Source: an uncultured virus (IMG/VR IMGVR_UViG_3300030101_003309)
Lineage: Duplodnaviria > Heunggongvirae > Uroviricota > Caudoviricetes
Direction: 5' to 3' (one strand)
Length of the DNA stretch: 64,000 bases
IMG/VR virus record: IMGVR_UViG_3300030101_003309
Span: 1-64,000 of that record
Position 1 is the first letter of the stretch, and each line of letters begins with the position of its first letter. The notes under the pieces were generated by a model. That model was not told the DNA's origin and did no database searches. It saw only the letters and a list, made by a program, of their open reading frames with translations. Positions 41,301-47,359 of this stretch are shown here, in pieces. The position numbers and the translations under genes were made by a program.

Positions 41301-43801
41301 ATGAATTCTTGCGTGATAAAGGTATAGATCCAGCTAAATTAAATGAAGAAGACCAAACATTAAAGGGATTGCGAGATCAATACACCGCGTACTTGAATCA
41401 ACTAAAAACAGTTAAAGAGTTTGAAGAAACACTTACAAGAAAACCACTCAGCGGGTATACAATAGAAGGTCTGTATGACTTAGCAAGAGACTTTGGTAAG
41501 TTTCATGCTGCTGCATCTAAAAGTATAAGGTACAAGATAGAAAGAGAGATAGGCCAAAAAGCATTTCAAGAACAAGCAGAGTTTTTAAGAAAAAGAGGTA
41601 AACAACAAGATTATAAGTACAACATACCTGGTGTAGACGGTACACCACAACAAGATCTTACTAACTTTCAAGCCTGGTTGGGATCTAACAATATGACATC
41701 TAATAGGCCAGAAATACAATACCTTATAAACGAAGCACAAAAACAATATAGAAAATATATAAGAAGTTTTAAAGAGCACAAAAGACTATTAGAGGAAAAG
41801 AATAGAGCTCTAGTTAGATCAAAGTTACGTGGGCTTACTGTGTTAGAAAGATTACAAAAAGAATTTAGTAGACAAGATCGTTACAGGTTTATTTATGGTA
41901 ACATAGCTTCTGTAGAAGATGGTAAAGTAAGACTATTTACTGAACAAGAAATAGTAGAAAGGGGTGTAGATTTGACCAAAGAAGAAAGAGAATATTACAT
42001 AAGATACAAAGCTTTAGGTGAGGTTATGTTATCAGCAAATGATGGTAAAGCAAATATAAATGCTGGTCAGTTAGGTGTGCTTGAACATATGGGAAGAAGT
42101 GGATTGTTTGGACTTTATAGCACAGCTATAGACGGACAAGACTATCATAGAGTAAGAGTCAAAGGTATAGACAAAAACGGTAAAAGAGTATTTAAAACGT
42201 TTTACGAATGGAGATATGATGTATACAAAGGCAGAACAAGTAAACTTACATTAGATTCTGGTAGACAAATATTTGAGCTTGATAAATTAAGACGTAAAGC
42301 AAAACAGTTGAAAGCAAAAGGTATACATGAAGATGGTGAAAAAATTATGTTGTCTGATATGGAGTATGATGCATTAGTTAATGATGGGCATATGATGAGA
42401 AGACTATTAGGTTCTGAAAACTTAACTGACTTTGATCAAGAACTAATAAAAGAATACGAAAGAAGAAAAGGTGTAAAAGCACAAGATGTATCTTATGATA
42501 TAAACACGGCTATGTTAGAATTTATGCGCGGTCATTTATTTTACAATGGAGACGGACAATATAAATTAGAAAACAATGATGTGGTTGCAAGAGAAGACAG
42601 GTTTACTGGTATGGGTGATTTAGCTATACTTACCGATTCTATTATAGCATTTAATAAAAATTTGGATAACAAGAATGCCGTAAAATATTTGACTGGTTGG
42701 TGGAAAGAAGGTTTCTTAACTATGGGTCAAACGCAAGAAAGTGCATTAGGTAAAACAGGTGATAAAGTTATAGACACCTTTGTAAGACTTACATCCCTTA
42801 GATTATTAGGTTTTAATATGTCTGTCGGTATTGGTAACTTACTAGCAGGTAAATATCAAGAATTACGTAAACGTGGTGGCAAACAGTTTATATTAGGTGA
42901 ATCTAGATATTGGAGGAACTTAAAAAGATCAAGAGAAATATTAAAGGACTTAAGAGTAGTGGATTATAGTTTTGACGAATTTATACATTTGGCAGAACAA
43001 AGTGGACCTGCAAAACAATTAGAAAAGTTTTCGTATTTATTTATGGATTATACAGAAGGCTACATACAAGGTGCAGCATTTTTAGGTATGTTGACTGAAC
43101 AAGAATTTAATAATCCAGAAACAATTAGTGAAGAAAGAATAATGCAGATCAATCATAAAATATCTACATTGCATGGTGAGGGTTACACATCATTAGACGC
43201 AAGTCTTTTATCTATGTATTCTTATGGTAGAGCACTGCTTCAATTTAAAAAATGGTTCATCACATTATTCAAAGACAGATTTTCGGCAGAAGATATAGAT
43301 AGATTTGGTGATGTTAATATAGGTAGTTATCGTGCTTCATCTGAATTTGTAACTGATTTGTTTAGAAGATATTTTGCTGGCGGTATAACAAAACAAGAAA
43401 TAATAAAAATATATGACAATGCAAGCGATACTAGAAAAGCAGCAATACGTGCACACGCAAGAGGTGTAGGTCTTGGTGTAACAGTATTGTCACTAATAGC
43501 AATATTAGAAGATGATGATGATCCAGATACAGCAACTATAAAAACACTTAAAAAGTTCTCTAACGATATATTTGTAACTACTGACGTTAGAAGATTTTTA
43601 AACTACACTATAGTTCCATCTTCTTATGGTACTGCAAAGAATACAATGAAAGCTATAAATCAGGCTACATCAGGAGAAAAAACGCAACGGAAAAGCGAAT
43701 ATGCAGATAGAGGACAATCTAAAGCATTGAAAACATTTATGACAGAAGTTTTACCTGGCGCAGAAGTAAGAAAACAAATAGCAAGACTGGGAGAAGAATA
43801 A
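32357..43801 (+). CDS. virion-associated two-barrel RNA polymerase polyprotein
   Basis: 3814 aa; GADLDGD (D2374-D2378) preceded by TRVPAHG; DYIKR, NDAMGYV and YMKFAV motifs; HEAGH zincin motif at aa 1096. Confidence 0.82.
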   Translation: MAENNDYTLGLDNILSQAASQPQAQPQSPADDLQSLYDNNMVEQPETEQSPLGISGIIESTIPSYSASDMQKYTELVESVSAQDQIDQTFAPFNRFDEAPNQQIIQDPDSMIAGTPERIRRGLSAGWGDLVYGTGDTYDYVNAYLFNEAKPTTSVGDYLRKVGSTYQNDNVLVLSEDLKDMQFDDLIKGEFWTSKASRLLPYALSFFIPYVGGARLANLALKGAAYGRRGQKFARGLSSTGILGSMDKGVKVAKAGEKGLKGSGLLRHISKDLGKKGVVPTALTRNVTGFIGGGAAANLMEGAYLAGEAYQEMINDIDPETGQPAFTPQEAAEAAAGVVRDNAKYMYVDMLQYGILFGGAGKGIMGRILRNPITKSTIGQNTRGQIANLVRRAAGAAPAVGAYGTIEGVSEGFQEVYQEWAKYKNMQEAKGLDYDPMTTWLKDAPFGKNNPELRDIFWSSVGLGGAMGGFRGYFDSAAERKALTDKKIDQYNNAIDIIREASADQTADQKLAMERAVDNLLASNIWNYSGDGSVAMSIVENLVADKKITEEQGNAYKIKIEQAEANYAKHHVNSTLTEAGAETAFYQEMKKTRQEGAIAQEIESHEERKAKAREMIKNKNKLDKKLAMLEDEHNQTMQRLEAELATTNQAIEDIYTAEVDKAPTAKTTGQRDKRFKKKGLSKDEFETFTQKGQEQKTERQEQEQKEKEEAEKAEPKKTLRETLTEVGTKALQTAKDVGAAAVKGVKGVVDRVTKPASEREATAAKQEVEETVEKINNLTNKEITSSAKKKLIEALENGDISVEAAEQIKGSGRGGTINNRDVSSAIRKDARKQEKTTEESQEDVKKKDQPKVAPKTEQYERTEEALKGKGIKPFVASISKLVDKKAGAFSYMIKAAAGNTIKFFAKRDVDILKYTREAQNITLRLVNPVAGESNVVEVDGKLYFQFKNNGLLYENKIEVVADGTVIGELEQTAQEFYEEGKTRTKAKKKDQRKIDQLVKGVKEAKEKIIKFFTRSQKELPDFTPTVLDIRPAFRYGSGVIADSIVKDVVNKKFPGAKGVLAYNKLMDDYGQEASSLAIGSTVFINIDSVGQTDIIHEAGHIYYGLMEDTPLMKRIKKLLPKSGLYTKTKQDYPELLLMKFKGRTATLGEIYRNIVNNTDSMSENDLISISNSISQAIKEGDNTRINELFINLRTQLKANGATELRNSQQKHILEETFVRTLELYSKGTVDAVIEGSAAQKRLEEDLIKFYKEVKNLTNDEDARQILNLTVKDIASLDLENATKAVLLNFGSDNRTLPRMRNSAYGPINKAIKKPFEKNTSYSAVSFYISEYIGANRSVQEITDNVMQAIADDSNLSIKDENVQRTRNYIESIIAQIQRPKQLQQADKILDKELSRIGIDLKSKEDITGQSEETNDINSREEKDIALPKTTTNFVKKLVEVHNNSVEEGGRIDAKQVLAALMSAAKATRENPMDFAYEVRRSPNEALTAIVNVMDRIYGNDQVLTNAKLLQIKGPVEGITIETLAHNVLTIQNENDRYWTRYISTSATVEKSVVDGVVKSIKGNEDVIKEVVRVYNTLFQDKNPGSSRDRYDAAKAIFQTILSADNKGVLIDIDSMLSQTMIYKGKRQSVSDILFDNTINKFGNPDLKNKFIVRHISKKKGFADEINNRKVLGTFHGNQSDIRTILTHGVIASRATNYLSMVDNVDMDGVSIFNKENGLRNRADNVERIFNEDIQLDKNDIMHHDNNIYSLMALRNKNKDGKKTFHFTIHSGLMRRFINQAKGLKNKDNRTKKFTDINPDELIAADFFMFLNKYNDGIKNNEKVIRYDQPIAVFSDKSRRYYVESIAAHNPAMRKLLLSKIENNPAYKAKYKNGDRVFPYDIVNGKIKQMPELLKKWRDYANKNKELFKNNNALKKGVFEEGAVEAFLTSYIANKFMAQQLFVHDHRQSKNQVDYIKRAAGAIASHTVFDRNTTVEFVVTKDYYETKDGDILTEDQAKKQFGDNWKDNVAIENDAMGYVLPEEAKMIRARYGESQNVGNVFKFVYHYTQLEGPQKGRTTYMKFAVHTLTPELEAKSEYLKNIGDVLRARTQEVRAIGANGGLVIAASESAAKLYSGGNRVIHDISEGYDMANIMSIQDEIYSDESGYVGLSGEGFGIQLELDKQTDERFFPSQLFYNLATNIAPEEQTTLNTMLSLRQRVMEENNASRNASLIMNDKGTESDVIKERDSFKSSVSADIFDVLVDNTYENLDPRYPYLNAVHNSIATGRITHKGTKMYTKGSIGYQSANLGMGLKFYEKGLFAEDPSIVASEAIVPGYLQDQGVKIGDLFIGTRVPAHGKVSSAVFVVKDFHKKIGDTPTSNITIPSWVSKYWGADLDGDSIHMNFKYTLEEVSDKSWRKLSNDFFDAYVKLISRSEKEGEIQADIDFEKDAEAAIAKVFKGKKQDSQLEPTGDGQMFADNVPAKNLVGMIASLMRSFNVFSNSRDSLPFKITIKGEKGPITHDKFYDDATAENGVGNWYGVAQLLNIALDNAKHQYASKLGMDMQSVFSYVMLRRLGYSLNDLAVLYNSDIVKSYMDFKRNSSSDYVSRDSDIKDMFIEKDSINENQLLKFAKQEKLGTIDIKKFVKDGEVSLDLNKLNTLKEKQKAVLMLYALDRYKKFAVDPISKAFTVHQTIEKNPLELKKIRDGIQQAQGVVNIPMIGKTGFTYTFTDQTKNNFIIDHATKLFDSVLQRAERTDVRYSPYMQRILTIPASLDRLNDIGELKAEVVNQVIVNNIKEQFTFLNDVKSETVLVQQFQALKDSNPDNAFLRDVIEVGERKGQKYIVMNRAKITEFTSYKAIEQYKQAFGQLLEAEQNLIFEIEYAFNRFGLSGGAGKASSFVPFFSDAYVEKINTAMSNLTQDNQNKQPDFTKGPVPQELENAIADVNRRQSGVQNMTPAEKTKMHARENNNIVLPKAKKVIPADQSYNGDYLGGDVEVLSFDEFLRDKGIDPAKLNEEDQTLKGLRDQYTAYLNQLKTVKEFEETLTRKPLSGYTIEGLYDLARDFGKFHAAASKSIRYKIEREIGQKAFQEQAEFLRKRGKQQDYKYNIPGVDGTPQQDLTNFQAWLGSNNMTSNRPEIQYLINEAQKQYRKYIRSFKEHKRLLEEKNRALVRSKLRGLTVLERLQKEFSRQDRYRFIYGNIASVEDGKVRLFTEQEIVERGVDLTKEEREYYIRYKALGEVMLSANDGKANINAGQLGVLEHMGRSGLFGLYSTAIDGQDYHRVRVKGIDKNGKRVFKTFYEWRYDVYKGRTSKLTLDSGRQIFELDKLRRKAKQLKAKGIHEDGEKIMLSDMEYDALVNDGHMMRRLLGSENLTDFDQELIKEYERRKGVKAQDVSYDINTAMLEFMRGHLFYNGDGQYKLENNDVVAREDRFTGMGDLAILTDSIIAFNKNLDNKNAVKYLTGWWKEGFLTMGQTQESALGKTGDKVIDTFVRLTSLRLLGFNMSVGIGNLLAGKYQELRKRGGKQFILGESRYWRNLKRSREILKDLRVVDYSFDEFIHLAEQSGPAKQLEKFSYLFMDYTEGYIQGAAFLGMLTEQEFNNPETISEERIMQINHKISTLHGEGYTSLDASLLSMYSYGRALLQFKKWFITLFKDRFSAEDIDRFGDVNIGSYRASSEFVTDLFRRYFAGGITKQEIIKIYDNASDTRKAAIRAHARGVGLGVTVLSLIAILEDDDDPDTATIKTLKKFSNDIFVTTDVRRFLNYTIVPSSYGTAKNTMKAINQATSGEKTQRKSEYADRGQSKALKTFMTEVLPGAEVRKQIARLGEE

Positions 43802-43816
43802 ATAATTTAATTTGAT

Positions 43817-43824
43817 TATATTTG
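43817..43824 (+). promoter_or_regulatory. Bacteroidota -7 promoter box
   Basis: TATATTTG upstream of 43838. Confidence 0.6.
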
Positions 43825-43837
43825 TAAAAAATAATAC

Positions 43838-44209
43838 ATGAACGTAAACGATTTATTTAAAGCATCTTTTGGACAGTTTGGGTCAGTATATTTGACTGGT
43901 GACGGTGCACAGTTAGATTTAGACGGGGCAACTGCAAATAGATTTGTAATAGCTATAACTATGTTAGAAACAGTAACGTTTCAGGAGCTACAAACTTTAG
44001 ATAATTTAGTCGGTTCCATTACAACAGAAACAACACAATCACAAATAGATGATGCTTTTGGAGCTTTCACAAATAATTCAGATAATGATCAAACAGAAAT
44101 AACGACTAGTCATGAATTTCCAAAAGGTATAACTATATATGGCAAATGGGATTTTGTTGAACTAAATGCTGGTTCTTGTATTTGTTACTTAGCACCAGTA
44201 GGATATTAA
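43838..44209 (+). CDS. putative structural protein, paralog 1
   Basis: shares G.FGS..L.G, AIT.L and TIYGKWD...G.CI.Y.AP.G with the next gene. Confidence 0.65.
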   Translation: MNVNDLFKASFGQFGSVYLTGDGAQLDLDGATANRFVIAITMLETVTFQELQTLDNLVGSITTETTQSQIDDAFGAFTNNSDNDQTEITTSHEFPKGITIYGKWDFVELNAGSCICYLAPVGY

Positions 44210-44221
44210 AAAATAAAAATT

Positions 44222-44599
44222 ATGAGTTTTAAAAACATTGACCACAATAAATACCGTTTAGGAGCTTTTGGCTCTACATTATTATCAGGAACAGCAGGAA
44301 TAGACCTAACAGGATCAAGCGCAAAAGTTTATGTTTGTGCTATTACTATATTAAATTCTGATGACGCTGACTCAACTTTTAGCGCTATGGAATCTTTAAA
44401 CGGTGAAGTGGGCTGTATAAGCAGTGTAACTGCAGAAAATGATTTAGATGGATCAAACGGAATTGGAGCTGCAGGTAATGGGGTAGATTTAGATAATAGT
44501 ATACTTTTTGCAGCAGGTACAACCATATATGGTAAATGGGATAAAATTACTATGGCAAGCGGTGCGTGTATAGTATACTTTGCACCTAAAGGACATTAG
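44222..44599 (+). CDS. putative structural protein, paralog 2
   Basis: tandem paralog of 43838..44209. Confidence 0.65.
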   Translation: MSFKNIDHNKYRLGAFGSTLLSGTAGIDLTGSSAKVYVCAITILNSDDADSTFSAMESLNGEVGCISSVTAENDLDGSNGIGAAGNGVDLDNSILFAAGTTIYGKWDKITMASGACIVYFAPKGH

Positions 44600-44600
44600 A

Positions 44601-44759
44601 ATGGGTTTTATACAAAAATTAGCAAGCAGAAATCCAAGGGTTTACAAAAAAACTATTGAAGAAAAACCTGACGTAATCGTTAAAGACAACGTAGCATATC
44701 AAAAAATAAAACCAAAAAAGAAAAATTTCTTATATTATATAAATCCAAAAAATTGGTAA
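44601..44759 (+). CDS. 52-aa basic protein (not in ORF track)
   Basis: MGFIQKLASRNPRVYKK...YINPKNW fills the gap between two genes exactly. Confidence 0.55.
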   Translation: MGFIQKLASRNPRVYKKTIEEKPDVIVKDNVAYQKIKPKKKNFLYYINPKNW

Positions 44760-44760
44760 T

Positions 44761-45507
44761 ATGGTATTAGGCCTAGGTATAACAAACGAGCCATTAGAGT
44801 ACCCGCCAGATTGGTCACCAACGGATGATAATCTACATTTACGTTTAGCGCTATGGTTGCAAGGAGGTGTAGGGGTTTCGTCAGCAGTATGGGTTGATTC
44901 ATCCGATTCAGGTCGTAATGCTACAGCACCAGAAGTATCAAATCAACCCTCCGTAACCATATCAGATGGTATAGAAGGCTTAGATTTTGACCAAACAGGT
45001 ACATCGCAATTTTTAGATTTTAATACTATAACTATTTCGGAGCAAGAGCCTTTTACGTTTGCTATTGTGGTTAGGTTAGACGCAAACACAAATCAAGTTA
45101 TATTTTCTGACAGCAACAATGAATTTATAGAAATTCAAAACAACAGAAGTTTAAGAATTAAAACAGATGTCCCAAGCAACGTAACTACAAATCTAAAACA
45201 TACCTCGTCTGTATTTACAACTGGAAGTACAAAAATTATATATCTATCAAGAACAGATGATGGGGTGTTTGAATGGAGAGTAGATGGCGAAAAAATTGTT
45301 ATAGATTCTGCGACTTCTACAAATATAACAAACACAGGTGGATTTGACATACAAAATCTTTGTATAAGAAATGACAATGACAGAGCTTTAGACGGTCAAG
45401 TGCGTGAAGTAATATTCTATGAAAGCGTAGTGTTTAGCACATCACAAAGCAGAAATTTACATCAATATTTAAGTGATAAATACAACATTACAATTAATCA
45501 TGATTAA
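44761..45507 (+). CDS. LamG/concanavalin-like domain protein
   Basis: LALWL...WVDSS.SGRNAT...FTFAIVV...LDGQVREVIFY...YLSDKY. Confidence 0.65.
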   Translation: MVLGLGITNEPLEYPPDWSPTDDNLHLRLALWLQGGVGVSSAVWVDSSDSGRNATAPEVSNQPSVTISDGIEGLDFDQTGTSQFLDFNTITISEQEPFTFAIVVRLDANTNQVIFSDSNNEFIEIQNNRSLRIKTDVPSNVTTNLKHTSSVFTTGSTKIIYLSRTDDGVFEWRVDGEKIVIDSATSTNITNTGGFDIQNLCIRNDNDRALDGQVREVIFYESVVFSTSQSRNLHQYLSDKYNITINHD

Positions 45508-45513
45508 CAAAAT

Positions 45514-46629
45514 ATGAAAAAAATTATTTTAATATTTATATTTTTATATATAAGTTTTTGTCTTAAAGCACAAGAACAAATCTCAGTATATTTAAAAAAT
45601 TACAATATAGAAAAATCTATAAAAAAACAATTAAAGTTTGCTACATTTTATACGGCTGTAAACGGAGGTACATCAAAATCTGACTTAAAAACATTTTCTA
45701 TTACTTCTGGATCACTACAAGAAGAAATTATAGAAACTCCATACGATTATTCATTGACAATAGGTTTAAGAAAAATTGCAAGGTTTGGTTATGAAAACAA
45801 AGCAAATACATTTTATGATGGAACAGAGTCAAATTATACAGATGCTGCTACTGTAGGAAAAGTTCAGGGTTTTGAGTATCTCTTTGAAATAGATTACGCT
45901 AGACAGCAAGGCGTTGAGTACATAGATCAACATCATTTTATTAGATACAGTTCTGATGATGATTGTGAAGGGCCTTTATGTGTAGATCATTTTGCTGCTA
46001 AAATAGAGTATTTAAAAGATGGATTTGCAGATGTAGAATATTTTGAAGTATCTGAAAGATATAGACACAAACATAATAAAGACTTATCTTTTAGTATAGG
46101 TTTCACACACAGACTTGCAGAACCATACGGATATAATCCGCTGCAAGAATGGATCTTGGATAATGGAAATTTACATTACACTTACTTAGCAATACAAGAA
46201 GGATACACAATAGATGTTGTAAATAGTGAGTATAAAGATCCTTCTGGAAACCTAGTTGCTACAAGTCCAGAGGTTTGGAAAGAGGTGGTAATACCAAAAG
46301 TATTAGCAGACTACACGCAGAAGAAAAGAAACGAATTAGAAAGAATTATACAACACTCTTTAGTTATTGGTTTTGACTATTATAAATACAGTAAAAATAC
46401 ATGGCTACACGCATGGGGCAATTTATTGCCTTGGCATTATAATGATAGTAATCAATTTTCTTATCACAATTATATAGAGGATGATCAATGGTATGACTAT
46501 ACTGCAGGTTTGATATACGGAATAAAAGTAAACAAAAATTTAGGATATTTTGTAGAAGGCAAATACAATAAGTACTGGAATAGAGAATGGTACGACTTTA
46601 AATTAGGTGTTAACTATATAATATTTTAA
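45514..46629 (+). CDS. putative outer-membrane beta-barrel protein
   Basis: Sec signal ending KA|Q, aromatic-rich alternating strands, C-terminal KLGVNYIIF beta-signal-like end. Confidence 0.6.
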   Translation: MKKIILIFIFLYISFCLKAQEQISVYLKNYNIEKSIKKQLKFATFYTAVNGGTSKSDLKTFSITSGSLQEEIIETPYDYSLTIGLRKIARFGYENKANTFYDGTESNYTDAATVGKVQGFEYLFEIDYARQQGVEYIDQHHFIRYSSDDDCEGPLCVDHFAAKIEYLKDGFADVEYFEVSERYRHKHNKDLSFSIGFTHRLAEPYGYNPLQEWILDNGNLHYTYLAIQEGYTIDVVNSEYKDPSGNLVATSPEVWKEVVIPKVLADYTQKKRNELERIIQHSLVIGFDYYKYSKNTWLHAWGNLLPWHYNDSNQFSYHNYIEDDQWYDYTAGLIYGIKVNKNLGYFVEGKYNKYWNREWYDFKLGVNYIIF

Positions 46630-46630
46630 A

Positions 46631-46714
46631 ATGAAAAAAATAATTTGTAAATTTGTAAAAATAATAACTTTTGGAAAAATTTGTTTGAACGACTGTTATT
46701 GTAACAAAAAATAA
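46631..46714 (+). CDS. 27-aa Cys-rich peptide (not in ORF track)
   Basis: MKKIICKFVKIITFGKICLNDCYCNKK fills the intergenic gap exactly. Confidence 0.45.
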   Translation: MKKIICKFVKIITFGKICLNDCYCNKK

Positions 46715-46717
46715 AAA

Positions 46718-46999
46718 ATGGCTAAAGAGTTAAGCGAAGAAACATCCTTTCAGGTAAGTGTAAAAACACTTGGAGGTATTGCTGCCTTAATTGCAACATT
46801 AGTTGGTATGTGGTTTACATTACAAGCGGATATTGCTGAAGCAAAAGAATTGCCCGCTCCACCAGATCCAGAGGTTACAAGAATGGAGTTTGATATGAAA
46901 GACCAGATGATACGTCAAACAATCATGGACACAAAAAAAGATGTGGAAGAAATGAAAGAAACTCTTGAGAAAATAGAAGATAAGCTTTACAACAGATAA
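46718..46999 (+). CDS. single-pass membrane protein with coiled coil
   Basis: TM segment LGGIAALIATLVGMWFTL, Pro linker, heptad C-terminus. Confidence 0.7.
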   Translation: MAKELSEETSFQVSVKTLGGIAALIATLVGMWFTLQADIAEAKELPAPPDPEVTRMEFDMKDQMIRQTIMDTKKDVEEMKETLEKIEDKLYNR

Positions 47000-47358
47000 T
47001 GAAAAAATCTGATAGTTTTTACCAGTTCGTAATATACTTTTTAATAATGATATTTGTGTTTTTTGCTGGTACTGCTTTTGGACAAATAAAGGTAATACAG
47101 TTTAATGCTGCTTGGAATAGTGCAAATGATGTTGCTTGGGTTAACAATTTAAAAGAATGTAAAAGCATAGGATACACAGATGTAGCAAAAAATGTAGAAG
47201 CACAAAAAAAACATAAGATTGCAGTCGTGCCTACTATAATAATATTTAAAGATGGAGAAGAAGTGGCAAGATTTCAAGCTGATTTGAGTTTTAAAATGGT
47301 TGCAACAAAAGAAGAAGTACAAGAAGAAATAGATAATCAAATGATGAGTGATTTTTAA
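46999..47358 (+). CDS. exported thioredoxin-fold protein lacking CxxC
   Basis: VIQFNAAWNSAN in place of FxAxWCxxC; VVPTIIIFKDGEEVARF; signal ending FG|Q. Confidence 0.7.
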   Translation: MKKSDSFYQFVIYFLIMIFVFFAGTAFGQIKVIQFNAAWNSANDVAWVNNLKECKSIGYTDVAKNVEAQKKHKIAVVPTIIIFKDGEEVARFQADLSFKMVATKEEVQEEIDNQMMSDF

Positions 47359-47359
47359 T

